Positions 27,736-36,543 of a DNA stretch of 64,000 nucleotides are shown in pieces (within the stretch, counting starts at the first letter, position 1; every line of letters begins with the position of its first letter). Under the pieces are notes generated by a model. The model had not been told where the DNA came from, ran no database searches, and was given only the letters and a program-made list of their open reading frames with translations. Where the stretch lies: contig JASLZL010000089.1 of assembly GCA_030754885.1 (NCBI GenBank), positions 7,692 to 71,691 of the forward strand. Reading direction: 5' to 3'. The translations under genes were made by a program, and so were the position numbers. The DNA is from Rhodospirillales bacterium. GTDB lineage: Bacteria > Pseudomonadota > Alphaproteobacteria > Rhodospirillales > JASLLZ01.

Positions 27736-27798
27736 CCCGCACCCCCACCCGGCCACCCACGGCATGGTACGCTTGGGGTGGTCGGGTGGGGGTGCGGG
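27736..27798. repeat. long GC-rich inverted repeat (stem-loop) between the two AcnX subunit genes
   Basis: CCCGCACCCCCACCCGGCCACCC (27736-27758) and GGGTGGTCGGGTGGGGGTGCGGG (27776-27798) are reverse complements with one mismatch in 23 positions, separated by a 17-nt loop. Confidence 0.7.
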
Positions 27799-27824
27799 CC
27801 GGAACCGGCTAGACATAAAATACG

Positions 27825-29078
27825 CTAATTCCATGCCGCCTCGTCCCTGACAACGCGCCCCGCCACACCTGATTCGACGACGTCGCCCAAGGAGCCGAAG
27901 ACGACCTCATAGTCGGTGTTCGACGGCGTGTACTGGGCGAACTTGGCTGAATTGGTCATCAAGACACCGCCGCCGGCCGGCAAGATCGGCGTCACCACGA
28001 TGCAGGTATCGGTGATGATTTCTATCCCCGCCGCCTCAATGGAGGCCAGGGTGCCTGAGTCCTCCAGATCCTTGAGTACCTGGCGGTTGGTGCAGGCATA
28101 AAAGGGCCGCGACATCCGGCGTCCGGCTAGGCGGTCCAGCAGTGTATTGAATTCGGCGACCGAATAATGGGGACTGCCGACGGCCAGGGCATCGACCGGC
28201 CCGTCTGGCGCCGTCGACAGGGAATCGCGGACGCGGCGCACCATCTCCGGAGTAAGTTCGATGCGGAGCTCAGCCACGCGTCCGCCCAGGGCGGCCTCAA
28301 GGGTCGGCGCCTCGGGCGTCACCCCGGCGACGTGGAACAGCCCCACGGCACCGGTTGAAGCGGCGCCGGCGCCAAGGGCCTTGAGTCGGTCTTCCGGCAT
28401 ATCCGCCGGCAGCCCGTCGAACACAGCCACCGCGCCCGCCACCTCGGCTCCCAACCACGCGCCAAGGACCGGATAAAAGGCGTCCTCGGCCTTGAGACGC
28501 GCGCTCAGGGCATGGGTCTCGACGACCACGGTCGCGAGCCGGTTTTCCGCCACATGAAGGCCGTAATAGGGTGCCCGCCCGGTAAGGGCCGCCGAGATGT
28601 CGAGAAAATCGCCATTGCGGTTGGTACGCGCGCCGAGGACGGAATTGCAAAACGCCACGGCGTTGCTTTCTCCCCACGCCACGTCCTCGCCCCGGCCCGG
28701 CCGGTGACCGACCTGATAGGGAGCGCAGGTCCACGTCGGGGCACAGCCCAGGGCCTCATAAGCGACCATCATGCGCCGCGCCATCTGGGTGGCGTGGGCG
28801 TCGGCGTGGACCCGTTCGGGATGGATCAGGTCAAGGGCGCCGACGTTGAGGGTTGTCGGCACGGCGACGCGGCCTTCCAGTTCGACCAGTCGTTCGACAA
28901 AATGAACCCCTGAATCGCCATGGTAAAGACAGCCGTCGACATGCGCAGAGGTGACCGGAACCAGCCGTTCGGCGCCCAGGATGCGCGCCGTCTCGGCGAC
29001 GATGCGGATCGCCATGGCGGCCGCCGGCCCATTCCGGCCGTCAGCCAAGGCGCGCTCGTCGGAGGAAAGTTCGGTCAT
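27825..29078 (-). CDS. aconitase X catalytic subunit (DUF521)
   Basis: 417 aa from ATG 29078 (GAGAGGG RBS). Contains ...IVAETARILGAERLVPVTSAHVDGCLYHGDSG...VPTTLNVGALD...WGESNAVAFCNSVLGARTN..., which matches DUF521/AcnX large subunits. Confidence 0.8.
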   Translation of the reverse strand: MTELSSDERALADGRNGPAAAMAIRIVAETARILGAERLVPVTSAHVDGCLYHGDSGVHFVERLVELEGRVAVPTTLNVGALDLIHPERVHADAHATQMARRMMVAYEALGCAPTWTCAPYQVGHRPGRGEDVAWGESNAVAFCNSVLGARTNRNGDFLDISAALTGRAPYYGLHVAENRLATVVVETHALSARLKAEDAFYPVLGAWLGAEVAGAVAVFDGLPADMPEDRLKALGAGAASTGAVGLFHVAGVTPEAPTLEAALGGRVAELRIELTPEMVRRVRDSLSTAPDGPVDALAVGSPHYSVAEFNTLLDRLAGRRMSRPFYACTNRQVLKDLEDSGTLASIEAAGIEIITDTCIVVTPILPAGGGVLMTNSAKFAQYTPSNTDYEVVFGSLGDVVESGVAGRVVRDEAAWN

Positions 29079-29141
29079 CGCAATTTCGCCCTCTCGGAAG
29101 CCGACGAGGATAATCGCTGCGTGCCTTGATGGCAAAAGGGG

Positions 29142-30158
29142 ATGATGGTTCAGGCGGCGTATGACAGGGCCGTGACAGGCTGGTACAGTCGGCGGGAGTC
29201 ATCGAATTGGGAGCCCGTCTTGCGCTTTCGACCCCCCGTGGCCTTGCTGACCTTCGTCTCTTCGCCCTATGTGCTGTTGTTCCTGACCATGCTGTTTTGG
29301 TCCGGCAACGCGGTTATCGGGCGCGGTATCGTTGGAAACGTGCCGCCCGTCGGGCTGGCGTTCTGGCGCTGGACGGTGGCGCTAATCATCCTACTGCCTT
29401 TTGGGTTCAGCCATCTGTGGGTGGCGCGGCACACCCTTCTCAAGGCCTGGCCCGTTGTCATTGCCCTGTCTGTGCTTGGCGTTACAGTGTTCAACACGCT
29501 TTATTACCTGGCCTTGACCTCTACGACGGCGATCAACGCCACCGTGGTCGGCACAACGGCGCCGGCGGTTATTCCCCTGGTCGCCTGGATCGCCTATCGC
29601 GAGAAGTTTACGTCGCGCCAGGCACTGGGATTGGGGATCGCGGCAATCGGTGTCGCGGTGGTTATCCTGCGAGGCGATCTTCAGGCGGCGATGGAAATGC
29701 GCTTCAACGACGGCGATCTCATCATCTTGCTGTCGGTCCTCGTCTGGGCCGTCTATTCGATCCTTTTGCGGCGCCTTCCCCCTGGGCTTCATCCCCTTGC
29801 CCTTCTCACCGCCACATTCGCTGTCGGACTTTTCTTTCTGGTCCCCCTTTATCTGTGGGAGCTCGGCTCCGGTGCCACGATCAACATGGGTCCCCACAGC
29901 TTCCTGGCCATCGCCTATACCGGCGTCTTTCCGTCGATCGTGGCTTTTTTGTGCTGGAACCAGGCGGTGGCGGCGGTCGGATCGAGCACGGCGGGGTTGT
30001 TCCTCTACCTGATGCCGGTCCTCACGTCGCTGTTGGCGGTGACCTTTTTAGGTGAGGTCATCCGTCCCTATCATTTGATCGGCGCGGCCCTTGTCATTTC
30101 CGGTATTCACGTGGCAAGCCGCCGCAAGCGCCCGGCAATGGAGGGCGTCGAGCCATGA
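29142..30158 (+). CDS. DMT superfamily (EamA-type) transporter
   Basis: 338 aa, about 10 predicted helices, with two EamA-like halves (FWSGNAVIGR..., ...VFPSIVAFLCWNQAV...). Confidence 0.8.
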   Translation: MMVQAAYDRAVTGWYSRRESSNWEPVLRFRPPVALLTFVSSPYVLLFLTMLFWSGNAVIGRGIVGNVPPVGLAFWRWTVALIILLPFGFSHLWVARHTLLKAWPVVIALSVLGVTVFNTLYYLALTSTTAINATVVGTTAPAVIPLVAWIAYREKFTSRQALGLGIAAIGVAVVILRGDLQAAMEMRFNDGDLIILLSVLVWAVYSILLRRLPPGLHPLALLTATFAVGLFFLVPLYLWELGSGATINMGPHSFLAIAYTGVFPSIVAFLCWNQAVAAVGSSTAGLFLYLMPVLTSLLAVTFLGEVIRPYHLIGAALVISGIHVASRRKRPAMEGVEP

Positions 30159-31105
30159 ATCCGTCATCGTCGAAAAAGGTCGTCCTCGCCGCCCTTGCCG
30201 GCAATTCGGCAATCGCTGTCACCAAGTTCGCCGCCGCTGGTGTGACGGGAAGCTCTTCCATGCTCAGCGAGGCCATCCATTCGGTTGTCGATACCGGCAA
30301 CCAGGGGCTCTTGCTCTTTGGCATCCGCCGCGCCGGCCGGCCGGCCGACGCGGACCATCCCTTCGGCTACGGTATGGAGCTTTATTTCTGGACGTTTGTC
30401 GTTGCCATCTTGATCTTCGCCGGTGGCGCCGGTGTATCGGTCTACGAGGGCGTAACCAAACTGGGCAACCCCCAACCCATCGTCGATGCCCACATCAACT
30501 ATATCGTCCTCGGCGTCGCCTTGATCCTCGAGGCCGGGGCCTGGTGGGTCGCCTTCAAGGAATTCTCCAAGAGCAAGGGTGACATGGGAACCCTGGAAGC
30601 GGTGCGTCTCTCCAAGGACCCGGCGGTGTTCACCGTTCTCTTCGAAGACAGCGCCGCCATCGCCGGCCTGGTCATCGCCGCCATCGGCATCGGCCTTGCC
30701 GATGTCCTGGACGAACCCCTGTGGGACGGCATTGGGTCGATCGTCATCGGTATCGTGTTGGCGGTGACGGCGGCGCTTCTGGCTTATGAGTGCAAGGGCC
30801 TGCTGATTGGCGAGGGGGCGGGGCGCCAGGTGGTACGGGGTGTGCGGCGCATTGCCGGTGAACAGGACGGCGTGGCACGCATCAACGAGGCACTGACCAT
30901 GCATCTTGGGCCGCGCGACGTGCTCTTGAATTTGAGCCTGGATTTTGAAGACCGCCTGAGCTCGGCCGAAGTGGAAAAGACGATCTCGGCCCTGGAACGG
31001 GCGATCAAGACCACCTATCCCGAGATCACGCGTGTCTTTATCGAGGCCCAGAGCCGCGCCGGCCATCGGCGCGACCGCCAAAGCTCACCCCCGAACGCAC
31101 GGTAG
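30155..31105 (+). CDS. cation diffusion facilitator (CDF) family metal efflux transporter
   Basis: Contains ...KFAAAGVTGSSSMLSEAIHSVVDTGNQ...ADADHPFGYGMELYFW... and a C-terminal cytoplasmic domain. ATGA overlap with the upstream EamA gene. Confidence 0.85.
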   Translation: MNPSSSKKVVLAALAGNSAIAVTKFAAAGVTGSSSMLSEAIHSVVDTGNQGLLLFGIRRAGRPADADHPFGYGMELYFWTFVVAILIFAGGAGVSVYEGVTKLGNPQPIVDAHINYIVLGVALILEAGAWWVAFKEFSKSKGDMGTLEAVRLSKDPAVFTVLFEDSAAIAGLVIAAIGIGLADVLDEPLWDGIGSIVIGIVLAVTAALLAYECKGLLIGEGAGRQVVRGVRRIAGEQDGVARINEALTMHLGPRDVLLNLSLDFEDRLSSAEVEKTISALERAIKTTYPEITRVFIEAQSRAGHRRDRQSSPPNAR

Positions 31106-31113
31106 ACATCCCC

Positions 31114-32007
31114 ATGGCCGCCGTCCCCACACGTTCCAACACACTCAAGGGTATCGCCTGCATGATTGGCGGCGCCGCCTTCTTGACCTTGAACGACGGC
31201 GTCATGAAATGGATGACGGCGAGCTACCCTGTCGGCGAGGTCATCTTCATCCGCAGCCTGTTCGTCCTCATCCCGGTGGCACTCCTGGCCTGGCGCGCCG
31301 GTGGCCTGACGGCGCTCCGCGTCCACAACATTCGGGGACAGGCCGTTCGGACCGTGTTATCCATCGCCTCGATGGGTTTGTTCGTCACCGGCCTCCGCCT
31401 CCTGCCCCTGGCCGAAGCCATCGCCCTCACCTTCGCCTCGCCGCTCTTCGTCACCGCCCTGGCGCCGCCGCTCCTCGGCGAGAGGGTCGGGTGGCGGCGC
31501 TGGTTGGCGGTGCTCCTCGGTTTCGCCGGCGTGTTGATCATGATCCGGCCGGGCGGCGAGACCATGCGCTGGGTCGTGTTGTTGCCGCTCGGGGCGGCCC
31601 TCACCTTCGGTCTCGCCAACATCGTGACGCGCCGCATCAGCGCCACCGAATCGTCGGTTTCGATCTTGGCCGTTTCCATGTTCTCGGTGACAGTGGTATC
31701 CCTGGCCACGGCACCCTTCGGTTGGCGGGCGCCGGCCATGGGCGACGTCGCGCTTCTGGCCCTGGCGGGTTTGCTGCTCGGGTGCGCCCACTTCCTGATG
31801 ATCGAGGCCTTCCGCCTGGCCGAGGCCGCCGTCGCGTCGCCCTTCCATTATTCGGCCATGATCTGGGCCCTGATCCTCGACCTGGTGTTGTGGGCCAACC
31901 AACCCGACCCCTGGGTGATGGGCGGCGCCATGGTCGTCATCGCCAGCGGTCTTTACATCCTGCGCCGCGAAACCCGGCGCCGGCGCGACCCGGCCGAACC
32001 GACATGA
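31114..32007 (+). CDS. DMT superfamily (EamA-type) transporter, tandem paralogue 1
   Basis: 297 aa and polytopic. The N-terminus LKGIACMIGGAAFLTLNDGVMKWMTASYPVGEVIFIRSLF closely parallels the next gene. Confidence 0.8.
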   Translation: MAAVPTRSNTLKGIACMIGGAAFLTLNDGVMKWMTASYPVGEVIFIRSLFVLIPVALLAWRAGGLTALRVHNIRGQAVRTVLSIASMGLFVTGLRLLPLAEAIALTFASPLFVTALAPPLLGERVGWRRWLAVLLGFAGVLIMIRPGGETMRWVVLLPLGAALTFGLANIVTRRISATESSVSILAVSMFSVTVVSLATAPFGWRAPAMGDVALLALAGLLLGCAHFLMIEAFRLAEAAVASPFHYSAMIWALILDLVLWANQPDPWVMGGAMVVIASGLYILRRETRRRRDPAEPT

Positions 32008-32879
32008 CGGCCGCCGCACCAACGTCGAATCCCCTCAAGGGCATCGCCTGCATGCTCGTGAGCGGTTTGGTCATCACCCTCAACGACGCCGTTATGAAGA
32101 GTATGACGGCGGTTTATCCGATCGGCGAGATCTTGTTTATCCGTGGCTTCTTCGTAATCGTCCCCATAGGGCTATTGGCCTGGCGCTTCGGCGGCGTCAG
32201 CCAGCTCAGGGTACTCAATGTCCGCACCCAGGCCATTCGCGCGGCGCTTACGGTGTTGTCCACCTTTCTTTTTATCACGTCGCTTCGTTATCTGCACTTG
32301 GCCGACGCCTTGGCAATCACCTTTACGGGGCCATTATTCATCACGGCCCTGGCGGCGCCCGTCCTTGGCGAACAGGTCGGGTGGCGGCGCTGGGCCGCTG
32401 TCGGCATTGGTTTCACGGGCGTCCTCGTGATGACCCGTCCCGGCGGCGAGGCGTGGCAGTGGGCGGCGCTGCTGCCGCTCGGAGCGGCGTTTTCGGGTGC
32501 CTGCCGGGACCTGCTGACCCGGCGAATGACGATCACCGAGACCTCGGTCTCCATGGCCGGTGTCTCGGCTTTCGCGGTGGCCTTTTGCGGCCTCGCCACC
32601 CTGCCGCTCGGTTGGCGGCTTCCCAGTCCGGCGGACGTCGGAATGCTGGCCGGGGCGGCCATGTTCCTGGGCCTGGGCCAGTTTCTGTTGATCGAGGCGT
32701 TCCGCCTTGGCGAAACGGTGGTGGTGGCGCCGTTCAAGTACACCAACCTGTTGTGGGGTGTCATCATCGGCTTTGTGATTTGGTCCCACCTGCCTGATCG
32801 CTGGACGACCCTCGGCGCGATCCTGGTCATGAGCTGCGGTCTCTATATTTTCCACCGCGAGACCCTGCGCCGCCAATGA
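32004..32879 (+). CDS. DMT superfamily (EamA-type) transporter, tandem paralogue 2
   Basis: Starts at ATG 32004 (ATGA overlap): MTAAAPTSNPLKGIACMLVSGLVITLNDAVMKSMTAVYPIGEILFIRGFF... The track shows it fused into a 615-aa ORF (31032..32879), whose first half is an out-of-frame shadow of paralogue 1. Confidence 0.8.
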   Translation: MTAAAPTSNPLKGIACMLVSGLVITLNDAVMKSMTAVYPIGEILFIRGFFVIVPIGLLAWRFGGVSQLRVLNVRTQAIRAALTVLSTFLFITSLRYLHLADALAITFTGPLFITALAAPVLGEQVGWRRWAAVGIGFTGVLVMTRPGGEAWQWAALLPLGAAFSGACRDLLTRRMTITETSVSMAGVSAFAVAFCGLATLPLGWRLPSPADVGMLAGAAMFLGLGQFLLIEAFRLGETVVVAPFKYTNLLWGVIIGFVIWSHLPDRWTTLGAILVMSCGLYIFHRETLRRQ

Positions 32880-32955
32880 GCGTGGTTGTCGAAAGGCGAT
32901 GACCTGATATGTTTGCGGCCAATCATCACGGAACCCAAGGAAGGAAACGAAAATC

Positions 32956-33705
32956 ATGTCCGATAAGCCCGTAGCCATTGTCATCGCCGCCGGAGGCGGT
33001 GTCGGGGGCGCCTGCACCCGCGAACTTGCCCAACGCGGCTATGACCTGGTCTTGATGTCGGCCGGGGGCTCGGCCGTCAAACTGGCTGATGAGTTAGGCG
33101 GCACCGCCGTCACCGGCTCCTTGGCCGAGGCCGCCGACCTCAAGACCGTGGTCGACACGGCGTTGGAAAAACACGGGCGCATCGACGCCGTGGTCAACAA
33201 TTCCGGGCACGTCGCCAAGGGCGCCGGCGCCGCGCGCGGCCCCATCTACGGCCCCGAAGACGACAGCCACTTCATCGAGATCAGCGACGAAGACTGGCAC
33301 CACGGGCTCGACATGTGCGTTCTCAACGTGGTCCGCATGGCACGCCTGGTAACCCCGGTGATGGAACGCCAGGGCAGCGGCGCCATCGTCAACATCTCCA
33401 GCTTCGCGGCCAAGGAGCCAAGCGCCAAGTTCCCCGTCGGATCGGCGCTGAGGATGGCGCTGGCCGGTGTCATGAAGCTCTATTCGGACCGTTACGCGCG
33501 CGCCGGCATCCGCATGAACAACGTGCTGCCCGGTTTTGTCGACAACCACCCGATGTCGGACGCGGTGCGCCGCGAAGTGCCCATGGGCCGGACCTGTTCG
33601 TCCGACGAATTGGCCAAGACCGTGGCCTTTTTGCTGTCGGCCGATTCGGGCTACATCACCGGGCAGAGCATCGTCATCGACGGAGGCCTGAACCGGGGCG
33701 TTTGA
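32956..33705 (+). CDS. short-chain dehydrogenase/reductase (SDR)
   Basis: 249 aa. Has an N-terminal dinucleotide-binding region, NNSG, ISS and PG.V motifs, and a C-terminal GQSIVIDGG. Confidence 0.85.
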   Translation: MSDKPVAIVIAAGGGVGGACTRELAQRGYDLVLMSAGGSAVKLADELGGTAVTGSLAEAADLKTVVDTALEKHGRIDAVVNNSGHVAKGAGAARGPIYGPEDDSHFIEISDEDWHHGLDMCVLNVVRMARLVTPVMERQGSGAIVNISSFAAKEPSAKFPVGSALRMALAGVMKLYSDRYARAGIRMNNVLPGFVDNHPMSDAVRREVPMGRTCSSDELAKTVAFLLSADSGYITGQSIVIDGGLNRGV

Positions 33706-33709
33706 TGCC

Positions 33710-34852
33710 ATGACGGCTTGCGATGCCATCGTCGTCGGCGGCGGTATTGTCGGCGGCGCCGTCGCCTTCGGCCTGGCCCGTGCCGGGGCCCGGGTCACCG
33801 TCTTCGACGAAGGCGACGTGGCGTTCCGCGCCGCGCGCGCCAACTTCGGCAACATCGCCGTCCAGGGCAAGGGCGTCGGAAGGCCCGAGTACCTGCGCCT
33901 GACCCGCCGCTCGGCCGACCTATGGCCGGTGATGGCCCAGGAATTGGCGGAACGGACCGGCGTCGATCTCGGCTTCGGGCGGCCCGGCTCCATGCGGCTC
34001 TGTCTTTCCGAGGACGAATGGAACGAGCGCGCCCGGCTGATGGAAGAACTGCGCGCCGACGCCGGCAACCTGGGCTACGACTATGACATGTTGGACCGCG
34101 ATGCGGTTACCGAGAAGGTGCCCGGCGTGGGGCCCGAGGTGGTCGGCGCGTCCTTCACCCCCTACGACTGCGAGTGCTCGCCGCTCTATGCCCTAAGGGC
34201 CCTGCACGGGGCGATCACCGGCCTTGGCGGACGCTATGTGCCGGGCGCCAAGGTCACCCATGTCGCGGCCGCCGGCGGTACCTTCAGCGTCGAAGTGGGA
34301 GGACAGAGGGCCAGCGCGCCGAAGATCGTCCTGGCGGCCGGCTTGGGAAGCAGCGCGCTGGCCGGTCCCCTGGGTCTGGCCATGCCGCTTCGGCCCGAAC
34401 GCGGCCAAGTCATTGTCACCGAACGGACGCGGCGTTCGATTCCCATGCCGCTCGGCCTGGTGCGCCAGACGGCGGAGGGTGGATTCGTGATCGGGCGCTC
34501 GGCCGAGGACGTCGGCCTTGACGACCGCACCACCTCCGCCGCCTTGGGCTCGATGGCCGCCACGGCGATGCGCCTTTTACCCTATCTCGCCGGCCTGCAC
34601 GTGGTGCGCGCCTGGGCGGGCTTGCGCATCATGGCGCCCGACGCCTTTCCCATCTATGACCAATCAGAGGATTTCCCCGGCGCCTTCTCCGCCACCTGCC
34701 ACTCGGGCGTCACGCTCGCCGCCGCCCACGCCCTCGACCTGGCGCCGGCCATCCTCGAAGGCCGGGTGCCCCCCGAACTGTCCACCTTCACCGCCAAGCG
34801 CTTCGGCGCCGCCATTGCCGACGACGACTGGGTGGCGTCAAGGGCGCCCTAG
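33710..34852 (+). CDS. FAD-dependent oxidoreductase (DAO family)
   Basis: The N-terminus DAIVVGGGIVGGAVAFGLARAGARVTVFDEG and overall length match D-amino-acid oxidase/sarcosine-oxidase-beta-like flavoproteins. Confidence 0.8.
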   Translation: MTACDAIVVGGGIVGGAVAFGLARAGARVTVFDEGDVAFRAARANFGNIAVQGKGVGRPEYLRLTRRSADLWPVMAQELAERTGVDLGFGRPGSMRLCLSEDEWNERARLMEELRADAGNLGYDYDMLDRDAVTEKVPGVGPEVVGASFTPYDCECSPLYALRALHGAITGLGGRYVPGAKVTHVAAAGGTFSVEVGGQRASAPKIVLAAGLGSSALAGPLGLAMPLRPERGQVIVTERTRRSIPMPLGLVRQTAEGGFVIGRSAEDVGLDDRTTSAALGSMAATAMRLLPYLAGLHVVRAWAGLRIMAPDAFPIYDQSEDFPGAFSATCHSGVTLAAAHALDLAPAILEGRVPPELSTFTAKRFGAAIADDDWVASRAP

Positions 34853-36543
34853 TCCGCCAAAATCGCGTCGGCCATTTTTTCGGCGATCATGATGGTCGGA
34901 AGGTTGGTGTTGGCGCGCGGCACGGCCGGCATGACCGAGGCATCGACGACGCGCAGGCCGCCGACGCCGTGGACTCGCCCGGCGGCGTCGGTGACCGCCA
35001 TCGCATCGTCGGCCGAGCCCATCTTGCAGGTGCATGACACATGCCACACGCCGACCACGTTGCGCCGGATGAAGGCCTCCAAGGCGTCTTCATCGGCGAG
35101 CAGGCCGGCCAGGGTTTCGCCCCCGGTGATGAAGGCGCCGATGAGGGCGCGGCGTAACGCCGCCGGGCCGTCGAGCATTCGGCCCAAAAGGCCGGTCAGC
35201 AGCCGGTTGCGGAGCGTCACCTGGCCGACCTCGCGCACCCGCTCGGAATAGCTCGACGGGAAGGCATCGCGGGCGACGGCGGCCAGCGGCCCATCGGTCA
35301 TGAGCCCTGCCACCATGCGATAGCCCGCCATGATGCGGTCTAAATCGCGGCGGTCGGAAAGGTAGTCGAACTCAACATCGGGCTCGCGGCGCCAATCATC
35401 GGAGGTCAGCTTCACCCGGCCCTGGGAATAAGACCGGTTGACGAAAACCTGCAACGTGCCGAGCCGCCAGCCAAGGGGATGCCAGGCCGACTGGGCGACG
35501 GTCGAGATACCCATGTCGGCGGGCGGACAACGTGTGTGCCCCGACGAATAACGGGCATTGACGTGCAGGTGGCGGCGCATGGCGCGGTTGAGCCGCGCTT
35601 CGGGCTCAAGGTAGGCGGAGATTGAGACCGCCGGGTGGTCTTGAAGGTTGCGCCCGACGCCCGACAACGCCGCCACCACGTCAATGTCCAGGGCGCGCAG
35701 ATCCTCGGACGGACCGATGCCGGCGCGCATGAGGACGGTGGGCGAATGCACCGCCCCACACGAAAGGATGACTTGGTGCCCCTGGAAGGTCAGAGGCTGA
35801 CCGTCCGAGATGGCTTCGATGCCGGTAACGCGGCGGCCGTCGAAGATCAATCCCGTCGCTTGGGTCTCAGCCACGATGATCAGGTTGTCGCGGCTTCTGG
35901 TCACCGGGTCGAGGTAGCCAATGGCGGTCGACACCCGGCGGTCATAGGCGTTGGAGAAGGGAACCGGGAAGTGTCCGGTCTCGAACGCGCCGTTCATGTC
36001 GGGCCGGTATTCATAGCCGGCGCGCGCATAGGCCTCGGCGGCGGCGGCGGAGAACGCCGACCAGTCGTCGGGAAAGATGCGGCGAATGGGGATCGGCCCC
36101 GCCTTGCCGTGCAGGGGTTCGCCGAAATCCATGTCGCGCTCGGCCTTCTTGAAGTAGGGCAGGACCGCGTCCCAGTTCCAACCGGTTGCACCCATCTCGT
36201 GCCAGGCGTCGTAATCGGCGGGGGCACCGCGGATGGCAAGCTGTCCGTTGATGGTCGAACCGCCGCCCATGATGCGCGCCTGCTCATAGCGCCTGGGCGG
36301 CGGACGGTCGGGGTCGTTATGGGGTACGGGCTGTAGATAGACACGCAGGTCGGGCCAGACGTAGGCCGGGTTGAAGAAGGCGCGCGCCGGGTTGCTGTCT
36401 AAGATGTCGTCGGGCACGGCGCCGGGCGGTGTGTCCGGCCCGGCCTCGACCAGAAGCACCTTGTTGGCCGAGGACGCCGACAGCCGATTGGCCAGCACGC
36501 AGCCCGCCGAACCGCCGCCGACGATGATGTGATCGTAGATCAC
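34849..36543 (-). CDS. GMC-family (choline-dehydrogenase-like) oxidoreductase, tandem copy 2
   Basis: GTG 36543 (a GTGA overlap with the upstream copy) gives VIYDHIIVGGGSAGCVLANRLS...MGGGSTINGQ... and the C-terminal VVDASVMP..PRANTNLPTIMIAEK. The track ORF over-extends to 36663. Confidence 0.85.
   Translation of the reverse strand: MIYDHIIVGGGSAGCVLANRLSASSANKVLLVEAGPDTPPGAVPDDILDSNPARAFFNPAYVWPDLRVYLQPVPHNDPDRPPPRRYEQARIMGGGSTINGQLAIRGAPADYDAWHEMGATGWNWDAVLPYFKKAERDMDFGEPLHGKAGPIPIRRIFPDDWSAFSAAAAEAYARAGYEYRPDMNGAFETGHFPVPFSNAYDRRVSTAIGYLDPVTRSRDNLIIVAETQATGLIFDGRRVTGIEAISDGQPLTFQGHQVILSCGAVHSPTVLMRAGIGPSEDLRALDIDVVAALSGVGRNLQDHPAVSISAYLEPEARLNRAMRRHLHVNARYSSGHTRCPPADMGISTVAQSAWHPLGWRLGTLQVFVNRSYSQGRVKLTSDDWRREPDVEFDYLSDRRDLDRIMAGYRMVAGLMTDGPLAAVARDAFPSSYSERVREVGQVTLRNRLLTGLLGRMLDGPAALRRALIGAFITGGETLAGLLADEDALEAFIRRNVVGVWHVSCTCKMGSADDAMAVTDAAGRVHGVGGLRVVDASVMPAVPRANTNLPTIMIAEKMADAILAD

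Noticed and set aside
31032-32003. First half of the 615-aa ORF 31032..32879
   Set aside because: It is out of frame over the EamA gene 31114..32007 and translates to Arg/Pro/Gly-rich nonsense. Only the part from ATG 32004 is a credible EamA protein.
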